A stretch of 64,000 nucleotides of DNA. Source: a bacterium (GTDB lineage Bacteria > Patescibacteriota > Minisyncoccia > 1-14-0-10-42-19). The notes beneath the pieces were generated by a model that had not been told where the DNA came from, searched no databases, and worked only from the letters and a program-made list of their open reading frames with translations. The stretch covers positions 17,681-81,680 of the forward strand of contig JAUYHD010000016.1 of the NCBI GenBank assembly GCA_030690215.1, in the 5' to 3' direction. This document shows positions 56,810 through 64,000 of this stretch, one piece after another. Both the position numbers and the translations under genes were made by a program. Each line of letters starts with the position of its first letter. Position 1 is the stretch's first letter.

Positions 56810-58624
56810 ATGCCAAAAAATCAAGCAGACATTGACCATATCCGCCATTCCCTTTCGCACCTATTGGCGATGGCGGTACTCAAAAAATTCCCTAAGGCAA
56901 AACTCGGTATCGGCCCCACAATAGAACATGGGTTTTATTATGATTTCTTGTTTCAGAATCATGAATCTGCCCTTCGACAAAGCTCAGGACAGGGAATCAA
57001 GAATCAAGACCTCAAAGACATAGAAAAGGAAATGAAAGAACTCATAAAAAGAAACCTCTTATTTTCAGGAAAAAAGATAACAGCAAAAGACGCTGAAAGT
57101 ATCTTTAAAAACCAGCCATTTAAAAAAGAATTGGCAAAGGATTTTAAAAAAGAAAAGAGGACGCTTACCGCATACGCAACATGCCCCCCTAATTCTAAAT
57201 TCATAATTCATAATTCCACAAATCAACAAAATGACTGTTTTGTTGATTTGTGCAAGGGCGGACATGTTACAAACACCAACGAAATAAATCCCGATGGATT
57301 TACGCTCACCAAAATTGCTGGTGCCTATTGGAAGGGAGACGAAAAAAAACCCCAGCTTACGCGCATCTATGGTGTCGCGTTCGCATCCAAAAAAGAATTG
57401 GATGATTATCTTGCGATGCAAGCGGAAGCGGAACGCCACGACCATAAAAAACTTGGACCCGAACTTGATTTGTTTACATTCTCCGAGCTTGTAGGGCCCG
57501 GATTGCCTCTCTGGACTCCAAAGGGAACGCTCCTGCGAAACATTCTTGATGATTTTGTATGGGAACTCCGCAAAAAAGCGGGATACGCTCAAGTAGACAT
57601 CCCCCATATCACCAAAAAAGCGCTGTACGAAAAAAGCGGTCACTGGGAAAAATTCCAAAACGAACTATTTAAAATAGAAACCCGCGAAGGGCATATTTTT
57701 GCGATGAAACCGATGAACTGCCCGCACCACACCCAGATTTACGCGCGAAAGCTTTGGAGCTGGCGCGAACTCCCCCAACGATACGCATCCACCACAAAAG
57801 TCTACCGCGACGAGCAATCGGGCGAACTTGCGGGGCTCTCCCGCGTACGCGCGATTACACAGGACGATGCGCATGTTTTTTGCCGCGCAGATCAGGCAAT
57901 TGGAGAAATGGAAAAAATTTGGGATATCATAACCGAATTTTATAAAAAATGCGGATTTTCCGATTTCACCATACGGCTTTCAACACATGATCCCAAACAC
58001 CCAAAAAACTATCTCGGCAAGCCTAACGTATGGAAAAAGACCGAAGCGCAATTAAAAGAGCTTATTGCAAAAAAACACGGCAAAGATTTTGTCTCTCTCC
58101 CCGAAGCCGCTTTTTACGGCCCTAAAATAGATTTTATGTTCCGCGACTCGCTCGGACGGCGTTGGCAATTAGCAACAATACAGCTTGATATGAATCTGCC
58201 CGAACGCTTTGATTTGTATTGCATTGACGAAGCAGGCAAAAAAGAACGGATTGTAATGATTCATGCCGCCATCATGGGTTCTATTGAGCGCTTCCTTGCG
58301 ATTTTAATTGAGCATACCGCAGGCGTATTTCCTTTTTGGCTCGCGCCAACGCAAATCCAAATCCTCACCGTCAACGACAAAGTATCGGCATACGCGGAGT
58401 CTGTTAAAAAAGAATTGGAAGCTCGTAATATCCGCGTAACGCTTGACGACAGAAACGAATCCATCGGGAAAAAAATCCGCGAAGCGGAAATGCAAAAAAT
58501 TCCTTATAGTTTTATCCTCGGCGAAAAAGAAAAAGACGCCGGCACCATCTCGGTTCGTGCACACGGCAAAAAAGATATGGGCGTAATGACTCTCCCGGCG
58601 TTTCTCAAACAGGCAGAAAAATAA
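56810..58624 (+). CDS. thrS: threonine--tRNA ligase with in-frame repeat insertions
   Basis: RHSLSH, DLCKGGH, KPMNCP, IHAAIMGSIERF. Confidence 0.97.
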   Translation: MPKNQADIDHIRHSLSHLLAMAVLKKFPKAKLGIGPTIEHGFYYDFLFQNHESALRQSSGQGIKNQDLKDIEKEMKELIKRNLLFSGKKITAKDAESIFKNQPFKKELAKDFKKEKRTLTAYATCPPNSKFIIHNSTNQQNDCFVDLCKGGHVTNTNEINPDGFTLTKIAGAYWKGDEKKPQLTRIYGVAFASKKELDDYLAMQAEAERHDHKKLGPELDLFTFSELVGPGLPLWTPKGTLLRNILDDFVWELRKKAGYAQVDIPHITKKALYEKSGHWEKFQNELFKIETREGHIFAMKPMNCPHHTQIYARKLWSWRELPQRYASTTKVYRDEQSGELAGLSRVRAITQDDAHVFCRADQAIGEMEKIWDIITEFYKKCGFSDFTIRLSTHDPKHPKNYLGKPNVWKKTEAQLKELIAKKHGKDFVSLPEAAFYGPKIDFMFRDSLGRRWQLATIQLDMNLPERFDLYCIDEAGKKERIVMIHAAIMGSIERFLAILIEHTAGVFPFWLAPTQIQILTVNDKVSAYAESVKKELEARNIRVTLDDRNESIGKKIREAEMQKIPYSFILGEKEKDAGTISVRAHGKKDMGVMTLPAFLKQAEK

Positions 58625-58682
58625 AAAAACCGACATAGAAGCCTGTGCCGGTTTAAGAAACTACTCTGGATTACTCAAAACT

Positions 58683-58910
58683 TTATACGTATCCTTGTTC
58701 CCCTTTTTTATAAATGAATGCTGCCCAATAAACGAGATACGATCCTACAAAAAAACCAAGACTAATGAACGACCAAATAACTCCTCCTGGCAACCTCCCT
58801 AAATAAAAGCTGCCCATTCCTATCAAACCGAAAAAAATAGTAAGAGCAAGAAACGTGCTCATGACAAGCACCGCATAAACACGTTCCCCCAAATCATCTT
58901 TTAATAGCAT
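58683..58910 (-). CDS. small 2-TM membrane protein
   Basis: GGAGG RBS. Confidence 0.6.
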   Translation of the reverse strand: MLLKDDLGERVYAVLVMSTFLALTIFFGLIGMGSFYLGRLPGGVIWSFISLGFFVGSYLVYWAAFIYKKGEQGYV

Positions 58911-58931
58911 TTCTGATCCTCCTCCATTTTC

Positions 58932-59249
58932 TTAAACAAATGCAAATTGAGCTGCGTGCATGCCGTTTTCTTCGGTTATAATTCGTATTTCATGCACCTC
59001 ATGACTTGGTATAATGCGCATTTCGCCTTTTCTTTGAACAAAAAGGTTCCAGCGAGGGTAATGCGTTGCTAAATTGTACCTAAAATCTGCTATGTGCTGC
59101 ACTATGTCTTCTATCGTTTTTACACCAATCCATGAAGAAAATTCAAAATAAGAAACTTCAGAAAGGTCAATAGAGTCATTATTCGATAAACATATGAGAA
59201 CGCGCACTTTTTGTGCATGCTCTTGGTTGTTTCTACCCGATATGTCCAT
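58932..59249 (-). CDS. hypothetical protein
   Basis: ORF with AGGGGG RBS. Confidence 0.55.
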   Translation of the reverse strand: MDISGRNNQEHAQKVRVLICLSNNDSIDLSEVSYFEFSSWIGVKTIEDIVQHIADFRYNLATHYPRWNLFVQRKGEMRIIPSHEVHEIRIITEENGMHAAQFAFV

Positions 59250-59305
59250 ATCAACAATCCCCCTGACATGTTTTTAATTATCTTCCGAAAGAGTATCATA
59301 CATTC

Positions 59306-60238
59306 ATGAACAAGTCAAGAAACCAAAAACTTATTGTCCTCCTCGGCCCCACCTCATCCGGTAAATCCGCGTTGGGGATAAAACTTGCGCGCAGATTCAA
59401 CGGCGAGATTGTTTCGGCCGATTCGCGTCAGGTCTACAAAGGGTTGAATATATCTTCGGGTAAAATCACAAAAAAAGAAATGGGGGGTATTTCGCATTAC
59501 TGCCTTGACCTCGTCTCCCCAAAAACACACTACACGGTAATCCAATTTAAAAAAGAAGCGGAGAAAACCATTAAAAAAATAGAAAAAAGAGGTAAGATTC
59601 CTTTTGTTGTGGGGGGTAGCGCGTTTTATATCAAAGCGCTCGCCGATAATCCTGCCGTTCCCGAAGTGCCGGCAAACTGGAAATTGCGCCGAACGCTTGA
59701 AAAAAAATCAGCAGACGTGCTTTTTGCCATGCTCAAAAAATTGGACCCCCGCCGTGCGCGTACTATTGAAGCAAAAAATAAACGCCGTCTCATCCGCGCA
59801 ATAGAAATTGTGAAGACTACGGGCAAGCCCGTGCCTCCAAAAGTTATGAGTTATGAGTTAAGAGTTAAAAACAATGACTTGTTATTTCTTGGGATAAAGA
59901 TAGACGACAAAATACTTAAGAAAAAAATAGAGAAACGGCTGGATGAGCGCCTGCGCAAAGGAATGATACAAGAAATCAAAAAACTCCACGCTAGTCCGCC
60001 GGCTGGCGGAGGCGTGAGCTGGAAACGGCTTGATGAATTAGGGCTTGAACCTCGCTGGATAAGCAAATTTTTACAGAAAGAAATCACAAAAAAAGAAATG
60101 CGCGATAAACTCCTCCGCGATATATTCCGCTTTGTAAAACACCAGTACACCTGGTGGAAAAAAGAAAAGCGCATCCACTGGATACGCTCGCAAAGAGAGG
60201 CCGAGAAGCTGATACAAAAATTTCTAATTATCCGATGA
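59306..60238 (+). CDS. miaA: tRNA dimethylallyltransferase
   Basis: GPTSSGKS, SADSRQVY, RRLIRAIEI. Confidence 0.96.
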   Translation: MNKSRNQKLIVLLGPTSSGKSALGIKLARRFNGEIVSADSRQVYKGLNISSGKITKKEMGGISHYCLDLVSPKTHYTVIQFKKEAEKTIKKIEKRGKIPFVVGGSAFYIKALADNPAVPEVPANWKLRRTLEKKSADVLFAMLKKLDPRRARTIEAKNKRRLIRAIEIVKTTGKPVPPKVMSYELRVKNNDLLFLGIKIDDKILKKKIEKRLDERLRKGMIQEIKKLHASPPAGGGVSWKRLDELGLEPRWISKFLQKEITKKEMRDKLLRDIFRFVKHQYTWWKKEKRIHWIRSQREAEKLIQKFLIIR

Positions 60239-60430
60239 AAACGGATCAGACCCTTGGCGTTCGTGCGCTTTTTTAAGGGCTTCATCTAGCTTTTGGGGCG
60301 TCAATTCCCGTCCAAGCTCCTCTTCCAGCGCTTTTTTCATTTCATCTTGTTTATCAAGTTCTTTTTCTATTGCCCGCTCATCGGGTGTAGAAGCGTCTTT
60401 TTTCTGGGGAACGGGTTGTCCTTGATCCAT
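60224..60430 (-). CDS. small charged helical protein
   Basis: 68-aa ORF downstream of gatB. Confidence 0.55.
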   Translation of the reverse strand: MDQGQPVPQKKDASTPDERAIEKELDKQDEMKKALEEELGRELTPQKLDEALKKAHERQGSDPFSSDN

Positions 60431-60463
60431 GATAAAAAATAAATTTAATAGTAATGCCGACCC

Positions 60464-60670
60464 CTATTCCCCGTACGGGGGGCGAGTGTCTTTGGCTTTT
60501 CTTGCGACCTCTTTTGCAAGTTCTGCTTCGTCTTCCGTGAGCTCCCCGATCACTTTCTGAAGTTCTGCGTCTGCTTCTTCGGTCTTTTGCATTTTTTTCT
60601 CAAACGCTTTGCGTTTTTCTTTTTTGACCCCTTCTATGCGCTTTTCAAACGGATCTGATATTCGTTCCAT
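60464..60670 (-). CDS. small charged helical protein
   Basis: 68-aa ORF downstream of gatB. Confidence 0.55.
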   Translation of the reverse strand: MERISDPFEKRIEGVKKEKRKAFEKKMQKTEEADAELQKVIGELTEDEAELAKEVARKAKDTRPPYGE

Positions 60671-60694
60671 ATGTATTTTTATACTTAATGGTAA

Positions 60695-62179
60695 TTATGA
60701 TAACATCTTTTTCAATAATTCCTGAAGCATCGCGGGGTTGGCTGATCCTTTTGTCGCCCTCATCGTCTGCCCCACCAAAAACTTAAACGCATTTTCTTTG
60801 CCTTTTTTAATATCGGCGACAGCGTCGGGGTTTTCTTCAATAATTTTCTTAATTATTTTTTCTAGCTCGCCCGTGTCGCTCACCTGGCGCAATCCTTTTT
60901 CATCAACAATTTGCGATGGATCACCTCCTTTTTCAACCATCTCTAACAACACGTCTTTTGCAACACGGGAAGATACTTCGTTCGCGTGTATCATCTTTAT
61001 TAGTTCTGCAAAATTTTCGGGGGTTACCAAAAGCTCTCCCCACGGGATTTCTTTTTCTTTTACAATCCCCCGCAGGTCAGAGGTTAAATAATTCAGCGCG
61101 GTTTTCTTTATTTTTTCCTTATTTCCGCCCGTCACCCATTCAGATAATTCAGAAAGGCCTGCCTCTAAAAACGCGAGGAACGCCGTATCGTCAAGCGCCA
61201 TGATAAGCGCGTCATCCGAAAGCCCGTATTCGGCAGTAAGGCGCGCGCGCCTCTGGTATGGAAGCTCCGGCAATTCCGCTTTGAGTATTTCTATATCAAA
61301 TTCTTTGTGCGGATACACGGGAGGCAGGTCGGGTTCGGGAAAATACCGATAATCATGCGCTTCTTCTTTTGAGCGCTGGGAAAATGTTTTTTGTTTTTCT
61401 TCATCCCATCCGCGCGTCTCTTGTGTTACTTTTTCTCCTTTCTCCAACAATTCCCCTTGGCGCTTAATTTCGTAGGTGATTGCGCGTTCCACCGCACGAA
61501 ATGAATTTAAATTTTTTACCTCCACCTTCGTTCCAAGTTTTATTTTTGAAGTTTGATCATTAGCATTTGTTTGAAAATTGTCTGCCGGAAGCAGACTGAT
61601 ATTCGCTTCAATCCGGAGTTGCCCTTTTTCCATATCGGCATCAGACGCACCCAAATACCGCAACAACCGTTGGAACTCTTCGGAAAATTCGCGGACTTCA
61701 GAAGCGCTCGTAAAGTCGGGCTCCGTTACCATTTCCATCAACGGAACGCCTGCGCGATTAAAATCAACGAGAGTCGCCTGTTTTTCGTGCACAAGTTTGC
61801 CCGCGTCTTCTTCCAGGTGCACTCGCGTAATGCGGATTTCTTTTTGGACTTTCGAAAGATAAAGTTTGCCGTGCTCTACGAACGGATGCTTATACTGCGA
61901 AATTTGGTATCCTTTCGGCAAATCGGGATAAAAATAATTTTTACGATCAAACTGGGAATATTCGGATATCGTGCCATCAAGCGCAAGACCGATTCGCAAC
62001 ACATGGCGGATTGCTTCTTTATTTGCGACAGGCAATATACCCGGATGACCCATACACACAGGACAGACATTGATATTAGGATGCGCCTCATTCGGATCAT
62101 TTAAAGAATCGCAAAACATCTTTGTTTTGGTCTTGAGTTCCGCATGTATTTCTAGTCCAATTGTGGGTTGATATCCCAT
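60695..62179 (-). CDS. gatB: Asp/Glu-tRNA amidotransferase subunit B
   Basis: IGLEIH, YFYPDLPKGYQISQ, DYRYFPEPDL. Confidence 0.98.
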   Translation of the reverse strand: MGYQPTIGLEIHAELKTKTKMFCDSLNDPNEAHPNINVCPVCMGHPGILPVANKEAIRHVLRIGLALDGTISEYSQFDRKNYFYPDLPKGYQISQYKHPFVEHGKLYLSKVQKEIRITRVHLEEDAGKLVHEKQATLVDFNRAGVPLMEMVTEPDFTSASEVREFSEEFQRLLRYLGASDADMEKGQLRIEANISLLPADNFQTNANDQTSKIKLGTKVEVKNLNSFRAVERAITYEIKRQGELLEKGEKVTQETRGWDEEKQKTFSQRSKEEAHDYRYFPEPDLPPVYPHKEFDIEILKAELPELPYQRRARLTAEYGLSDDALIMALDDTAFLAFLEAGLSELSEWVTGGNKEKIKKTALNYLTSDLRGIVKEKEIPWGELLVTPENFAELIKMIHANEVSSRVAKDVLLEMVEKGGDPSQIVDEKGLRQVSDTGELEKIIKKIIEENPDAVADIKKGKENAFKFLVGQTMRATKGSANPAMLQELLKKMLS

Positions 62180-62323
62180 ATAATCTTTAGTATACTAGGA
62201 AAATATTCAATTATCAATTTACAATTTTCAATCAATTTTCGATGTTTAAAAATTAAAAATTGTCCCTCGATTCTGCTCTGGACCCTGAGCTTATCGAAGG
62301 GGAAATTAAAAATTCTTAATTTT

Positions 62324-62893
62324 ATGTTAAGCTACACCGACCTCACCAAAGGAACCGTTTTTGTAATGAACGGCGAACCATACGAAATCCTTGAAACAAA
62401 TTTTGTTCGCATGCAGCAACGAAAGCCGGTTGTTCAGGGAAAAATAAAAAATCTTCTCACGGGGAAGGTTGTTTCGCGCACATTCCACCAAAGCGAAACA
62501 TTTGAAGAAGCCGAGATAGAAAAAAAGGAAGCGGTCTTTGTCTACGAGCATCGGGGAAAGTTTATATTCACCGAACCGGATAGTCCGAGCGCGCGATTTG
62601 AATTAGACGAAGGTGCCATCGGAGAGCAAAAAAAGTTTCTAAAACCGAACCTCATCGTTACCCGCTATATTTTTAACGATACAGTCATCAATATCGCGCT
62701 CCCAATCAAAATAGACTATCTCGTAAAAGAAGCCCCGCCGAATGTTAAAGGAGATACCGCAACAGGCGGAAATAAAATCGTAACGCTCGAAAATGGACTT
62801 GAAATGGCGGTTCCTATGTTTATCAACCAGGGGGATGTGATACGAGTGAATACTGTAACAGGAGAATACACCGAACGCGTGGAAAAAAAATAA
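62324..62893 (+). CDS. efp: elongation factor P
   Basis: start MLSY; KGDTATGGNK, VPMFINQGD, GEYTER. Confidence 0.93.
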   Translation: MLSYTDLTKGTVFVMNGEPYEILETNFVRMQQRKPVVQGKIKNLLTGKVVSRTFHQSETFEEAEIEKKEAVFVYEHRGKFIFTEPDSPSARFELDEGAIGEQKKFLKPNLIVTRYIFNDTVINIALPIKIDYLVKEAPPNVKGDTATGGNKIVTLENGLEMAVPMFINQGDVIRVNTVTGEYTERVEKK

Positions 62894-63063
62894 TGAGTTG
62901 TGGGTTATGGGTTATCGGCCCACAAACAAAAAACAAAAACTCTCGGCGCACTGCCCGGGGGTTTTTTATTTCCAAAAACACCCCATAATTCTCTCTTTGT
63001 CTACATATCATGTGGGTTTTTCGCGTGATATAATAAAAAAAGTTCATTTACAAGGAGACAGAC

Positions 63064-63576
63064 ATGCAAGAAAGAGCCCTCTTTTTACGCTGGCTTCTAT
63101 TTGCGACTCTGCTTTGTTTAGGGGCGATCATCGCTACCAAAAAAGGCTTACTCGCTTTTATCGCGTCGGCAGACCCCACAAAAATAAGCTTTGGTATATT
63201 TCTTATTTTTACGTGCGCTATTCTCTTTTGCGGCCTCCTAGCATGGCGCATGAAAAATGATAAAGAGCGCTACATTAAAAACGATGCCAAGCACGAAGCA
63301 GAAGAGACTGAATTAAAAATAGACGACATGTGGTTCGTCGCTGACATTTGTGAATACCTCGGACTTGGAGGAACTATCCTTGGATTTATACTTTTGTTTG
63401 TCGGGGTAGATCTCCAAAACATAAGCGTCGACAAGCTCAAACCGTTGTTTAGCGCTTTTTGGAGGGGCGCCGGGACCGCGTTCCTCACAACCATTGTCGG
63501 CATCTTCTGCATGCTATTAATCAAAATAAAAGCACGGGGTCTCGAAAAAGCCCTGATACGGAAACGACGCCAATGA
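63064..63576 (+). CDS. MotA/TolQ/ExbB proton-channel family protein
   Basis: LGLGGTILGFI, GAGTAFLTTIVG. Confidence 0.8.
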   Translation: MQERALFLRWLLFATLLCLGAIIATKKGLLAFIASADPTKISFGIFLIFTCAILFCGLLAWRMKNDKERYIKNDAKHEAEETELKIDDMWFVADICEYLGLGGTILGFILLFVGVDLQNISVDKLKPLFSAFWRGAGTAFLTTIVGIFCMLLIKIKARGLEKALIRKRRQ

Positions 63577-64000
63577 AAAAACGGGCATATTTTACCCGAA
63601 CGGCATTCTTTGACGTTTTCCTGAATATGCTCCTTATATTTATTTTTCTTTTCCTCCTGGCAATACTCCAGGTAAACCCGGAGAAAAAGAAAGACGAGGG
63701 CATCAAGCTCAACGAAAAATTTTTTATTGTCATGACCTGGAATAATGACCTGCATGACGACATAGATCTCTATGTAAAAGACCCCGAAGACCACCTTGTT
63801 TATTTTAACCGACGCGAAGATGGCCTCATGCATTTGGATCGGGATGATCTTGGGCAGTTGAATGATACTGTAATCACAAAAGACGGAAGGAAAATAGTTG
63901 TAGAAAAAAATGAAGAAAAAGTCGCGCTTCGCGACACCATCCCGGGAGAATATATTGTCAATGTTCATCTGTTCCGCAAAACAAGCAACGAATCGGTTGC
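63573..64000 (+). CDS. MotB/ExbD-like TM with YfaP/DUF2135-like domain, partial
   Basis: ATGA overlap; AFFDVFLNML TM; W....DDIDLYVKDP, LDRDD, GEYIVNVH; runs off the window. Confidence 0.75.
   Translation, partial: MKKRAYFTRTAFFDVFLNMLLIFIFLFLLAILQVNPEKKKDEGIKLNEKFFIVMTWNNDLHDDIDLYVKDPEDHLVYFNRREDGLMHLDRDDLGQLNDTVITKDGRKIVVEKNEEKVALRDTIPGEYIVNVHLFRKTSNESV

Noticed and set aside
60224-60670. paralogy of two 68-aa ORFs
   Set aside because: Shared SDPF and ELT words are too short and the sequences are compositionally biased.
1-64000. alternative genetic code (TGA=Gly)
   Set aside because: Core genes are full length under code 11, and TGA ends genes such as rnc and the coupled operon at 48639-50414.

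Overview
Core-genome segment of a Patescibacteria (CPR, probably Parcubacteria) bacterium. The taxonomy is inferred from an unlinked, insertion-bearing 16S rRNA gene, DUF5667/DUF5671-like proteins, a short SMC, a NusB-Nudix fusion and an MQQRKP-type EF-P. Housekeeping genes (rpiB, gap, trxB, ccdA, serS, ftsQ, ndk, khpA, trmD, rpsP, smc, rnc, nusB, rpmF, rnhB, dnaE, thrS, miaA, gatB, efp) alternate with small accessory ORFs, secreted repeat proteins and glycoside hydrolases. The most striking signal is a dense set of small palindromic and 7-bp-periodic elements. They sit in-frame in essential proteins, in four 16S helices (one insert carries a GIY-YIG nuclease) and at -35 boxes, and some form tandem arrays of 140-bp cassettes. 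Both tRNA loci contain an intact tRNA nested inside an interrupted older copy of the same tRNA. Other candidates for undescribed systems are an operon of three CH-x7-CxCDE paralogs around a SAM methyltransferase, three unannotated Pro/Gly-rich micropeptides, an NDK plus tandem-MazG pair, a MoxR-AAA/vWA fusion behind a switch-like leader, a MotA/ExbB-like plus YfaP-like pair, and several small RNA units. The 16S also lacks the anti-Shine-Dalgarno sequence although accessory genes carry AGGAGG. All calls were made by eye; no database searches or folding programs were run.
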